Positions 9,209 to 18,674 of a stretch of 24,291 bases of DNA are shown here, piece after piece. Origin of the DNA: a virus (lineage: Duplodnaviria; Caudoviricetes); IMG/VR virus record IMGVR_UViG_3300005805_000482, positions 1-24,291 of that record. One strand, 5' to 3'. How positions within the stretch are numbered: position 1 is the first letter of the stretch; every line of letters begins with the position of its first letter. Position numbers and translations under genes: made by a program. The notes under the pieces were generated by a model. The model was not told the DNA's origin. It ran no database searches and saw only the letters and a list, made by a program, of their open reading frames with translations.

Positions 9209-10538
9209 TTTAGAATTTAAACAACAGGTGTTAGACCCGTTGTCCGCAAGTTTTTGTGCAGCGAAGTGGTACAATGCTACCATTTGGTTAGGAAGTGGGC
9301 AGACCACAAGTTGCCATCACCCGCCAGCTCATTTGATTGACGCAGATAAAGTCAATAACAACTCTAGGCTGCTGCACAACACCGATCAAAAGAAAGCAGA
9401 CCGACGCAAAATGTTGGCTGGTGAACGTCCAGCAGGTTGTGAATACTGCTGGAAGATTGAAGACATGGACACTGACGCTGTGAGTGACCGTGTGTACAAA
9501 AGTAAAATTTATCCCATAGAGGCCTTGCATGAAGCAGTCAACACCCCCATCCAAGATGACGTTAACCTTAGAACGCTGGAAATCAGTTTCGATCGCACTT
9601 GTCAATTTGCTTGTTCTTATTGCAATCCTGCTTTTAGTTCCACTTGGGTCAATGATATACGCCGGCATGGACCCTACAACGGGTTGGTTAGCGATGGTAG
9701 GAACCATTTTACTCACACTCATGATAGCAGTCAACTTTATAAATTCGGTGAGACTAATCCTTATGTGGAAGCCTTCTTCGACTGGTGGGAACAAGACCTC
9801 CACAGAACACTGCAAGAACTCCGAATAACTGGTGGTGAGCCATTGATGTCAGGTTACACCTGGCAACTGATTGAGTGGTTCAAGACCAATCAAGGACGTA
9901 GCAATACCAAATTGGCTATCAATTCAAATCTTGGCATTGACCGGGACAAGATCAAAGACTTTGCTGTGGCCGTTGCCACACTGCCCAAGGTGGACTTATA
10001 TACTTCAATGGAAGCAACATTCAAACAAGCAGAGTATATTAGAGATGGCTTGGATTACAATCAATGGCTCAACAATGTGTTGTTTTTGTTGGAAGGTCGG
10101 TTTGTCAGTGCTGTGCATGTGATGTGTACTATCAATGCCTTGTGCCTGGACAGTCTTGTGGACCATCTTGACATGATGTTGACATTGAAACAACGCTACG
10201 GTCGTGATCAACTGAACTTTACACTAAACATCTTGCGCTTCCCCAGTTTCCAAAGTGCGTTAGTATTGCCAGATCACATACGTACTGGTTATCGCTTGCA
10301 GTTGGAAGCATGGTTGTTTCACAATCAAGACAATCCTTGTTTGCACGAACACGAAGTAAATCATGTGCAACGATTGATTGATTATCTCAACGTAGTAAAA
10401 ACTTCACACAGTGAAGCATTTGAAATGCCCAAGTTGTTGAATGACTTCCGACAGTTTTACACACAGTATGATCAACGCCGTGGGAAGAATTTTGACAAAT
10501 ACTTTCCTGAACTAAGCGAGTGGTACAACAGTTTATGA
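9201..10538 (+). CDS. Radical SAM protein with N-terminal SPASM/Twitch-like Cys module (subtype A)
   Basis: Start reassigned to ATG 9201 (overlaps upstream stop). CAAKW...SCHHPPAH...CEYCW; CQFACSYC...SSTW; ITGGEPLM. Confidence 0.85.
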   Translation: MNDLEFKQQVLDPLSASFCAAKWYNATIWLGSGQTTSCHHPPAHLIDADKVNNNSRLLHNTDQKKADRRKMLAGERPAGCEYCWKIEDMDTDAVSDRVYKSKIYPIEALHEAVNTPIQDDVNLRTLEISFDRTCQFACSYCNPAFSSTWVNDIRRHGPYNGLVSDGRNHFTHTHDSSQLYKFGETNPYVEAFFDWWEQDLHRTLQELRITGGEPLMSGYTWQLIEWFKTNQGRSNTKLAINSNLGIDRDKIKDFAVAVATLPKVDLYTSMEATFKQAEYIRDGLDYNQWLNNVLFLLEGRFVSAVHVMCTINALCLDSLVDHLDMMLTLKQRYGRDQLNFTLNILRFPSFQSALVLPDHIRTGYRLQLEAWLFHNQDNPCLHEHEVNHVQRLIDYLNVVKTSHSEAFEMPKLLNDFRQFYTQYDQRRGKNFDKYFPELSEWYNSL

Positions 10539-12229
10539 CTTTGCAAGAAAAAATAAAAGAACTATCAGCCCAGTATAAAATTATAGCTGAAGTCAACCTT
10601 GACAGATGGCAAGACATGGTCGACTATCAAACAAAAAATTGGTTTAGAAAAATACTAAAAGACATACACAAAGATGTATACGAAGACAACGAAAGAATTA
10701 TTTTTACATTGACCAGTGGTGATAGGTACACTAACACCGATGCTGCTGCTGGTGCAATACTTACACAATTACAAAAACGCATAAACGAAGTTGACATCAG
10801 TAATTTTTTTATAATTCTTTTGACCAATGATGCCACCATACCTGTTGCGTATTCACAAGTAAAAAACATTATATCTACTGATCCTATACCTATTAATATT
10901 GTTGTATACGACGAAAATATAACTGAAAAAATTATTGCAGGGTCAAAGAAATCTGATTATAATTCTAAAAATCCATTGAAAATTTCTTTGGATACCCTTG
11001 AATCTCAAGAGCAATTTTTGTTAACCAAAAGCAAAACATTTTGCATGTACCCTTGGATTCACATGCATGCATATCCTACTGGACACGCTTATCTCTGTTG
11101 TATGACGGACATGGAATTTCCCATTGGCAATTTTAAAAATAATACCATGCGTGAGATTTGGAATGATCGGCCCATACGTGAAATACGGCAGGCAATGTTA
11201 ACTGAAAAATCAGTTGACGCTTGTAATCGTTGCTACGAGCAAGAAGCCAACGGATTCATGAGTGGCAGATTGAGTGCAAACAAACATCACGGCCACCACA
11301 TAAAAAAAGTAGAAAAAACTTGTCAAGACGGTACCTTTGAAGATTTTGAACTAACATATTGGGATATTAGATTTAGCAACTTATGCAATTTAAGTTGCAG
11401 AAGTTGTGGGCATATTTTTAGCAGTAGTTGGTATCAAGATCAAGCCAAATTGGCTGGTCCAGCATGGAAAAAAACACACAAAGTGTTAAACTATGCTGGG
11501 AGATTTGAAACTGATGCATGGGAACAGTTAGTAGAGCACATTGATCACGTAGAGCAAATTTATTTTGCTGGCGGCGAACCTTTGCTCATGGACGAACATT
11601 ATCGTATCCTTGACGAATTGGTGCGTCGTAAAAAGTTTGATGTTAGATTGATTTACAATACAAATTTTACACACACTGAACTCAAAGATCAAAGTGTGTT
11701 TGAATATTGGAAGTTGTTTGACTCGGTTAGCGTAGGCGCCAGTTTAGATGATTGTGGCACAAGAGCCGAATACATTCGCAAAGGCACTGATTGGGCAGTG
11801 ATTGAGCAAAACCGTCGAGACATGATGAGAATTTGCCCCAAGGTAGACTTTTACATTAGCCCTACATTGAGTATTATGAATGCTTGGAGTATAACTGATT
11901 TTCATCGAGACTGGGTTGAAAAAGGACTGATTGCACCACAAGATATCAATGTGAATATTTTGCAAGACCCGCCACATTACAGGATTGATATTGCACCTGT
12001 GGAATATAAACAACGTTTGACCACCAAGTTTCTCAATCATATCAATTGGCTGCGAGATCAAGACCCGTTGCAACGTGCCACTAATGGATTTGAAAGTGCA
12101 ATTAACTTTATGATGGCCACAGACAATACCCATCTAATAGACACATTCTGGCGCAAAACACACGAATTAGATAACATCAGACGAGAAAGTATTACGGATA
12201 TAATTCCAGAAATCACAGCACTGAGATGA
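10535..12229 (+). CDS. Radical SAM protein with SPASM/Twitch-like module (subtype B) and a long N-terminal extension
   Basis: FCMYPW...LCC...CNRC; CNLSCRSC...SSSW; FAGGEPLL; YNTN. First module Cys is near residue 170. Confidence 0.85.
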   Translation: MTLQEKIKELSAQYKIIAEVNLDRWQDMVDYQTKNWFRKILKDIHKDVYEDNERIIFTLTSGDRYTNTDAAAGAILTQLQKRINEVDISNFFIILLTNDATIPVAYSQVKNIISTDPIPINIVVYDENITEKIIAGSKKSDYNSKNPLKISLDTLESQEQFLLTKSKTFCMYPWIHMHAYPTGHAYLCCMTDMEFPIGNFKNNTMREIWNDRPIREIRQAMLTEKSVDACNRCYEQEANGFMSGRLSANKHHGHHIKKVEKTCQDGTFEDFELTYWDIRFSNLCNLSCRSCGHIFSSSWYQDQAKLAGPAWKKTHKVLNYAGRFETDAWEQLVEHIDHVEQIYFAGGEPLLMDEHYRILDELVRRKKFDVRLIYNTNFTHTELKDQSVFEYWKLFDSVSVGASLDDCGTRAEYIRKGTDWAVIEQNRRDMMRICPKVDFYISPTLSIMNAWSITDFHRDWVEKGLIAPQDINVNILQDPPHYRIDIAPVEYKQRLTTKFLNHINWLRDQDPLQRATNGFESAINFMMATDNTHLIDTFWRKTHELDNIRRESITDIIPEITALR

Positions 12230-13431
12230 ATATACCACACGATAAATTTTGTGTACTACCCTGGGTCAGTATTGAGGCCTCACCAATAGGCACAGTGCGC
12301 CCATGTTGTCTTGCCGACGACGAAATTTTAGACAATGACGGCAACAAGTTTGAGTTAAGCACCGCTGACTTCTCTGACATACAAAACAGCCGTCACATGC
12401 GCAGCCTGCGCGAACAATTTCTTCGTGGAGAACGCCCACAAACATGTCGCAAATGCTGGAATGAAGAACGTGGTGGGCGCACCAGCAAACGCATGCACAC
12501 ATTGGATAGACTCAAACATAGTATTGCGGACACAGAATGGACTGCGGATGCCAAACCCTTGATGTTCTTGGATTTAAAACTGGGCAACATTTGCAACTTG
12601 AAATGTCGGATCTGCGGCTCATGGAGCAGCAGCCAGTTTGCCACAGAAGAAATCAATCAACTGCCAAGAGAACAACAAAAATCCAGTCATGCATATCAAA
12701 TGCTACGTGCCGGTGCTTGGCCCAGAGAGAATGCTCAGTTCTGGCAGCAGATTGACTCAGTATTAACAGACATTCGTTATATTGAATTCACTGGCGGTGA
12801 GCCATTCATGATTGACGAGCACTTTGACATGTTGCAAGGCATTGTTGATCGTGGCATTGCCCATCAAGTGGAAATACATTACAACACCAATGGCACACAA
12901 TATCCCGCCCGTGGTGAAGAAATTTGGCGGCATTTCAAAACAGTTGAAATTGCATTCAGCATCGATGACGTAGGCAAGAGATTTGAATATCAACGCACCA
13001 ATGCAGACTGGGTAGTGGTACTAGACAACATCACAAGTTTTCAATATCTAAAAACGCAAATGTCCAACTTGCAGTTACAATGCTGTAGCACTGTGAATGT
13101 ATTTAATGTGCGCTATATTGACGAACTGGCTCATTGGATTGTGTTGCAAGGGTTTGATTTTGTGTACTGGAACATGATGCACGATGCTTGGTACTTCAGC
13201 ATTGCCACACTGCCGGGCACAGCCAAGGCTGCAATTACAGAACATTTACGCACAGCAGACATACCGCCCGAGTACCGTGAAGAATTTGATCGAATTATTA
13301 ATTTTATGAACACTGGTGCGTCAACAGATGGATTTATGTTGCGTATGAAAATTGCAGACTTGGATCGTAAACGTAATCAAAACTTACGCACAGTTGAACC
13401 TGAACTTGCTGACCTAATTAATTACCAATGA
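12226..13431 (+). CDS. Radical SAM protein with N-terminal SPASM/Twitch-like module (subtype B)
   Basis: FCVLPW...GTVRPCC...CRKC; CNLKCRIC...SSSQF; FTGGEPF; YNTNGT. Confidence 0.88.
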   Translation: MNIPHDKFCVLPWVSIEASPIGTVRPCCLADDEILDNDGNKFELSTADFSDIQNSRHMRSLREQFLRGERPQTCRKCWNEERGGRTSKRMHTLDRLKHSIADTEWTADAKPLMFLDLKLGNICNLKCRICGSWSSSQFATEEINQLPREQQKSSHAYQMLRAGAWPRENAQFWQQIDSVLTDIRYIEFTGGEPFMIDEHFDMLQGIVDRGIAHQVEIHYNTNGTQYPARGEEIWRHFKTVEIAFSIDDVGKRFEYQRTNADWVVVLDNITSFQYLKTQMSNLQLQCCSTVNVFNVRYIDELAHWIVLQGFDFVYWNMMHDAWYFSIATLPGTAKAAITEHLRTADIPPEYREEFDRIINFMNTGASTDGFMLRMKIADLDRKRNQNLRTVEPELADLINYQ

Positions 13432-14705
13432 GCTTGTGCATGGCACCTTGGGTGCATACTTACTTGAGCCCACAAACAGAACGGCGCATGTGCTGTGCGT
13501 CAAGAGAGCCTGCTCAAAATTTTCGTCAATACATAGACACAGCAGCAGGCTCTGGAAAATATATTCCCATCACACTGGATGAACACTGGAACTCACCACA
13601 CATGATGAGTGTGCGCAGTAGAATGATGTCTGGTGAAACCTTGCCTGAGTGCGAAGTATGCAACGATAGACTGCTTAACACTGACGTTTACCGCACATAT
13701 TTTTGGCAGTTGTTCAAACATAAGTACCCTGACATCTGGGAAACCACTGACACAGCAGGCCGTACCACAATGCGACCCGTGAGTTGGGATTATAGATTCA
13801 GCAATCTGTGCAATTTCAAATGTCGTACATGCGGTGACATGCTGAGTTCAAGTTGGGAAACAGAGCAACGTCAACACAACATGGTTGACTGGTCAAATTC
13901 CAAGAACATCTGGATGCAGCCTGAGGTTCGCAAGAACATCAGTGCATTTCAAGACAGCCAAATTGAAGCAGAGTTTGCTGCGGCAGTGGAACAGCATCGT
14001 GTTGAAGAAGTATACTGGGTGGGTGGCGAACCCTTGATGTACGAACAGCATTGGCGTTACATGAAACGCATAGTTGAATTAGGGGACGGGCCAAAGGTAT
14101 ATGCTAGATATAATACAAATTTATCCAGAGTGGATTATCGAGGTGTTAATCTATATCGCGATATTCTCAGCGGGTTGCGCGATTGGCAGATATGTGCAAG
14201 TCTCGACGGCACGGGCGCAATTGGTGAATACATTAGAACAGGCCTTGAGTACGATCGCTGGCTTGACAATTTTGGTCAGGCAGTTGCGATCCAACGTCAC
14301 CGACGTCAAGTACGAATTGACTTTACGCTCACTTTGCCCGGAATGTTCGAAGTTACACGCATTAGACAACTTGCTAAAGCATACGGAGTAGAAGTACTGG
14401 CCAAGGTTGTCTTTTCTTTCTCTCCAGACATTGTGATGAGTCCATTATCGTTGCCTAGGAATTTACTAGACCCTTGGATAGATGAACTTTTACCCCAAGT
14501 GGATGGTGCGCTGCGTGATATACTTGTTCAATTGAAAACACGACCTACTTTTGAAGAACAATGGCCAGACTCTTACCGCCAAGGTCTTGCAAATGGCCGT
14601 GCTCGTGTGTTACAATTAGAAAGCATACGCACACAGGAAATCACCATGGCGGAGATACTTGCTGAAAGACCTGCGGTGTTAGAATGGTGGAACAACATTG
14701 CTTGA
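13428..14705 (+). CDS. Radical SAM protein with N-terminal SPASM/Twitch-like module (subtype B)
   Basis: LCMAPW...MCC...CEVC; CNFKCRTC...SSSW; VGGEPLM; YNTNLS; ASLDG. Confidence 0.87.
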   Translation: MSLCMAPWVHTYLSPQTERRMCCASREPAQNFRQYIDTAAGSGKYIPITLDEHWNSPHMMSVRSRMMSGETLPECEVCNDRLLNTDVYRTYFWQLFKHKYPDIWETTDTAGRTTMRPVSWDYRFSNLCNFKCRTCGDMLSSSWETEQRQHNMVDWSNSKNIWMQPEVRKNISAFQDSQIEAEFAAAVEQHRVEEVYWVGGEPLMYEQHWRYMKRIVELGDGPKVYARYNTNLSRVDYRGVNLYRDILSGLRDWQICASLDGTGAIGEYIRTGLEYDRWLDNFGQAVAIQRHRRQVRIDFTLTLPGMFEVTRIRQLAKAYGVEVLAKVVFSFSPDIVMSPLSLPRNLLDPWIDELLPQVDGALRDILVQLKTRPTFEEQWPDSYRQGLANGRARVLQLESIRTQEITMAEILAERPAVLEWWNNIA

Positions 14706-15723
14706 TAGAATCGAAATAGACCTGCGCGGCGCAGACACACTCACACTGTATGTTGATGTAGAGGACAACAGCCTCAGTCGAAAATGGCTGTCAGCATTGA
14801 ATGATATTGTGCGCAACGATCTGCACCTGGAAAAAAATTACTGCTGGTTGGGCTGGACTGAAAGTCAACGCAATGCTGAATACATTGTTAATCAAATAAA
14901 CAACAGCATTGCCGCAATTAATGCAGCCAATTTGGGTTATACCATCAATGATCTGTTCACGGTAGAAAGCACAATACAAGACAACTTGGATGTTGATCAT
15001 GAACGTATGAACTGGCTGCATCGTTACTTTGAAGACTTACAAGGGCACTCAGGACACATGAGTGAGTATTGGCACAAGGCAGATGCTGCCACCCGTTGGC
15101 ATATACGCCAACTAAATTTATTGTGCCATGAATACGAAAGCCTTATACTCAGCATGCGCAAGGTCATACAGGCACCCGAGTGGCGCCGGCCCAGTCAACT
15201 TATGTGTTGGCTCAATGCACCGCGTTTTGCACTGGATGTCGAAGATTATGAATTGTTTGGTGTAGAAACAATTAATCGACAAATGGGCGGGATATATGTG
15301 GGAGTAAATAAAGCAATAGGTAAAGCACATTGGGAAGTTTTCAATGATGAAGGTCGTGGAATGGATGAGTTAATTACAACAGGACTACGAAATCAAACCG
15401 AAGCCGCAGGTGATTTTGATGTTGAGTGGGCCAGAGATCCGGGTGCTTATCACTGGCAAGTTAAAAAAATTGCTGAGTTTCGCCAGTGGTTAGTTGCCAA
15501 TGGCTTTGATCCTGCGGATCCAAATCTCACGATAGGGCATCCAAAGGTGGCACAGATAAATTTGTCTAAAACATTTGGTACACTAGATTACAATCAAATT
15601 TGGCAACAGATTGCTGCTCATCTTGATGTATATAAAATACGTACCAGCGATGCGGAGGCTACATATGATTATCGCTGGAGTGATTCGGACTATGCTGAAC
15701 AACAAATAAGGAGATTGAGATGA
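14698..15723 (+). CDS. Hypothetical protein (341 aa)
   Basis: Long ORF overlapping its neighbours at both ends (TTG start). His/Glu motifs LHRYFE and LCHEYE. Family not recognised. Confidence 0.65.
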   Translation: MLDRIEIDLRGADTLTLYVDVEDNSLSRKWLSALNDIVRNDLHLEKNYCWLGWTESQRNAEYIVNQINNSIAAINAANLGYTINDLFTVESTIQDNLDVDHERMNWLHRYFEDLQGHSGHMSEYWHKADAATRWHIRQLNLLCHEYESLILSMRKVIQAPEWRRPSQLMCWLNAPRFALDVEDYELFGVETINRQMGGIYVGVNKAIGKAHWEVFNDEGRGMDELITTGLRNQTEAAGDFDVEWARDPGAYHWQVKKIAEFRQWLVANGFDPADPNLTIGHPKVAQINLSKTFGTLDYNQIWQQIAAHLDVYKIRTSDAEATYDYRWSDSDYAEQQIRRLR

Positions 15724-15821
15724 AATGGTTACGCAGATTTTGTGCCAGAATCGCACTGGAAATACGTTATCGTAAAAAGCTAAAAGAACTACGCAAACGA
15801 GACCCTTTTATCTACAAATGA
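15720..15821 (+). CDS. Small basic protein, 33 aa (MKWLRRFCARIALEIRYRKKLKELRKRDPFIYK), absent from the ORF track
   Basis: TAAGGAG SD at 15707-15713, 6 nt before ATG. ATGA overlaps at both ends. Exactly fills the only apparent gap in the operon. Confidence 0.75.
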   Translation: MKWLRRFCARIALEIRYRKKLKELRKRDPFIYK

Positions 15822-16417
15822 GTATGTTATCAGTGGGGTGTAGCTTTTTGTGTGATAGGGGTGATGTTCGGCCCCAAGTTTCAATAATAGCTGAAAAATT
15901 AAATTTAGAATTAGATAATAGAAGTATACCAGGCAATGGTAATACTCATATTGTGTATAATACAATTAATGCTATTGTTGAAAATCCAACAAAATATAAA
16001 TTAGTATTAATTGGATGGTCTAATCCTGGTAGGTGGGATTTTGTCACAGCCCCAGACAAATGGTTTGCTATCAAAATGGCAAACGTTATTCCTACAGCAA
16101 CTAATAAACGAATAAACATAGAAGATACATTATTTAGACACTGGGCGCCACAGGTGTTGTTGTTGGCACATTGGTTGAGATCTCAAAATATTCCTTTCAT
16201 TATGTGGAATAGTTTAAAAACCTGGACCGAAGGTGAGAGTTGTTTTCATAAAAATGTCAAAGAAATGAAAGAATTTTATCTGCCAACAGTCTGCCACATA
16301 GATGAGTTAACAGAAAAGAAAGAATACATATCTGTGGATGATCATCACCCAAATCAAAAAAGTCATGTAGATTTAGGAAACAATCTTATTGAATTTTATC
16401 GGAATGTATACAAATGA
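15813..16417 (+). repeat. 9-bp direct repeat TACAAATGA (15813-15821 and 16409-16417) flanking the SGNH gene
   Basis: Identical 9-mers read directly. Each encodes Tyr-Lys-stop and overlaps the next ATG. Confidence 0.6.
15818..16417 (+). CDS. SGNH/GDSL-type hydrolase or acyltransferase-like protein; AT-rich
   Basis: Block I-like VGCSF, NRSIPGNGN, and DDHHPN (DxxHP) near the C-terminus. Confidence 0.65.
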   Translation: MSMLSVGCSFLCDRGDVRPQVSIIAEKLNLELDNRSIPGNGNTHIVYNTINAIVENPTKYKLVLIGWSNPGRWDFVTAPDKWFAIKMANVIPTATNKRINIEDTLFRHWAPQVLLLAHWLRSQNIPFIMWNSLKTWTEGESCFHKNVKEMKEFYLPTVCHIDELTEKKEYISVDDHHPNQKSHVDLGNNLIEFYRNVYK

Positions 16418-17892
16418 ACATCTTAGGTATCAGTGCTGGTTTTCATGATGCTGCAGCCACAGTGGTCAATCGTCAAGGTGATATATTGTTTGCTGGCCAC
16501 AGTGAACGCTACAGCAAAAAGAAAAATGATGCAAACTTTTGTCAAGGATTGTTGGACGAAGTAACAGAGTATGGTCCAGATGTAGTTGCATACTATGAAC
16601 GTCCTTGGAACAAACAATTTAGACAATGGTACGCAGGCCAAGGCATTGAATGGGACAAACTTACCACACGACAAATATTAAAACAACAGTTGGGCGGTCA
16701 AATTGAACCCGAACGTGTGCATAGTTTTAATCATCATCTCTCACATGCCGCAGGTGGATTTCAAACAAGCCCATACGATCGTGCCACAGTGGTGGTAATT
16801 GATGCCATAGGCGAGTGGGACACAATCACAATCTGGGGAGCAGAGTATGACGGGAAAGGACGAGCACGATACCGGCGACTATGGTCGCAACATTACCCTC
16901 ACAGCCTGGGTCTGTTTTATAGTGCAATTACTAAGCGTGTGGGCCTACACCCACTAGACGAAGAATACATCACCATGGGCATGGCAGCGTATGGTGATGA
17001 TCATTATCATGATCTCATGGAAGCAGTGTTGATCAGCAATCCGGACACTGCGGAGTTCAAACAAAATTTACACGCAGGTCTCAATGATCAATTCATGGGT
17101 GGACTTGACAATGTAGATATTGCTGCCGCCGCGCAGCGAATGCTGGAACGCTTGATCGGCAACGTCATGCGTAAGGCTAGAGATTTTAAGTGGAGCACCA
17201 ATCTTGTGTATCAAGGTGGAGTTGCACTCAACTGTTTGGCCAATAGAAAATTAAGGAGATTTTTTGATGATATATGGATTATGCCTTGTCCTGGTGATGC
17301 TGGCAGTAGCCTTGGCGCCGCAGCCCTTGTTTACAATAAGCGCATTAATTGGACTAATGCTTTTTTGGGCCATGATATACCTGGTAGGTATCCTGTTGAT
17401 GCTGCCATTGGTGATCTCTTGCGTGATGGCATTGTTGGTGTGGCTAGCGGTCGCGCCGAATTCGGACCGCGAGCACTAGGAAATCGCAGCCTACTGGCTG
17501 ACCCACGTAGGCCCAACATAAAAGATCAAGTAAATGCAATCAAACGCAGACAAAAGTTCAGACCCTTTGCCCCTGTGATATTGGCTGAACTGGCTGATGA
17601 TTACTTTGACATCAAGCCTGGTTGGTACACTCACAGTTATATGCAGTCAGTTGCTAGTTGTCGCCAACCTGATTTTTATCCTAGTATATGCCATGTTGAT
17701 GGTACCAGTAGAGTACAAACAGTGGAGGCGGATGGATCAGGAATAAGACAGTTGTTGGAAGCATGGTATGCGCAAACTGGTTGCCCCATGTTGCTCAACA
17801 CCAGTTTAAACATACGCGGTGAGCCCATGGTCAACGATCGACAAGATGCTGATCGTTTTGAAATGTTGTATGGTGTAAAGGTATTGTCATGA
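16414..17892 (+). CDS. Carbamoyltransferase, NodU/CmcH/TobZ family
   Basis: ILGISAGFHDAAA, HHLSHA, GGVALNC, PGDAGSSLGAA, EFGPRALGNRSLLADP, FRPFAP, HVDGTSRVQTV, LLNTSLNIRGEP. Confidence 0.93.
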   Translation: MNILGISAGFHDAAATVVNRQGDILFAGHSERYSKKKNDANFCQGLLDEVTEYGPDVVAYYERPWNKQFRQWYAGQGIEWDKLTTRQILKQQLGGQIEPERVHSFNHHLSHAAGGFQTSPYDRATVVVIDAIGEWDTITIWGAEYDGKGRARYRRLWSQHYPHSLGLFYSAITKRVGLHPLDEEYITMGMAAYGDDHYHDLMEAVLISNPDTAEFKQNLHAGLNDQFMGGLDNVDIAAAAQRMLERLIGNVMRKARDFKWSTNLVYQGGVALNCLANRKLRRFFDDIWIMPCPGDAGSSLGAAALVYNKRINWTNAFLGHDIPGRYPVDAAIGDLLRDGIVGVASGRAEFGPRALGNRSLLADPRRPNIKDQVNAIKRRQKFRPFAPVILAELADDYFDIKPGWYTHSYMQSVASCRQPDFYPSICHVDGTSRVQTVEADGSGIRQLLEAWYAQTGCPMLLNTSLNIRGEPMVNDRQDADRFEMLYGVKVLS

Positions 17893-18674
17893 TCAAGTCT
17901 ACTCAAACTCGATACTGTGATAAATTCTGGTACAACAGCAATGATCTAATGATTGGTGCCAGCCTTGCACGTTACGGAGAGTACAGTCAATGCGAAATTG
18001 ATTTTATCCTGAGTTTTTTAACTGATAGTGCTGTGGTATATGATGTGGGAGCCAACATAGGATACCATACCACAGCATTTGCTACCCGGGCTCGACGTGT
18101 TTATGCTTTCGAACCACACCCAAGAAATTATGAATTGTTGGAAAAAAACACTGAAGAATTTGACAATGTGTTTTTAGGACAGTATGCAGTGAGTAACCGC
18201 AAGACAACTTGTTACATTTCAGATTATGATCCTAATCAGATAAGCAATTTTGGTGCTGTTAGTGTTGTTGCCCATATCACAGGAATTCAAGTTACTGCCA
18301 TTGACTTAGATACTGCCGGATTGGACCCACCAGACTTTATCAAGATTGATGCGGAGGGACACGAATTACAGGTATTGCAAGGTTGTCAGCAAATCATACA
18401 ACAATATTGTCCTGTGGTATATTATGAAGCGCATGAATCACGTGACCTTAGAGAGATATATATGTTGTTGAGCGAAGATAGATATAGATTTTATTGGGCT
18501 CAAGTCAACAATTATAATCCTGCAAATTTTGCCAACAACCCAGATAATATTTTTGGCGGGAGTGCATTGATGAGTATTTTGGCTTGGCCTAGAAATTTAA
18601 TAGAGCTGCCATTGACTCCTGTAACAGGCCCTGACGACACTGCTGGTAGATTTTATCAGTCTGGACATCCTTAG
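17889..18674 (+). CDS. FkbM-family SAM-dependent methyltransferase
   Basis: VYDVGANIGYHT, VYAFEP, FIKIDAEGHELQVLQG. Confidence 0.9.
   Translation: MIKSTQTRYCDKFWYNSNDLMIGASLARYGEYSQCEIDFILSFLTDSAVVYDVGANIGYHTTAFATRARRVYAFEPHPRNYELLEKNTEEFDNVFLGQYAVSNRKTTCYISDYDPNQISNFGAVSVVAHITGIQVTAIDLDTAGLDPPDFIKIDAEGHELQVLQGCQQIIQQYCPVVYYEAHESRDLREIYMLLSEDRYRFYWAQVNNYNPANFANNPDNIFGGSALMSILAWPRNLIELPLTPVTGPDDTAGRFYQSGHP

Noticed and set aside
9288-9815. 175-aa antisense ORF, and the many other 60-130 aa alternative-frame ORFs in the track
   Set aside because: They lie within well-supported genes and have no recognisable motifs; most likely shadow ORFs.
6730-14705. MoaA, PqqE, QueE or anaerobic sulfatase maturase assignments for the radical SAM genes
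   Set aside because: The domain order differs and no partner genes (moaC, pqqA-D, queC/queD/folE, sulfatase) are in the window.
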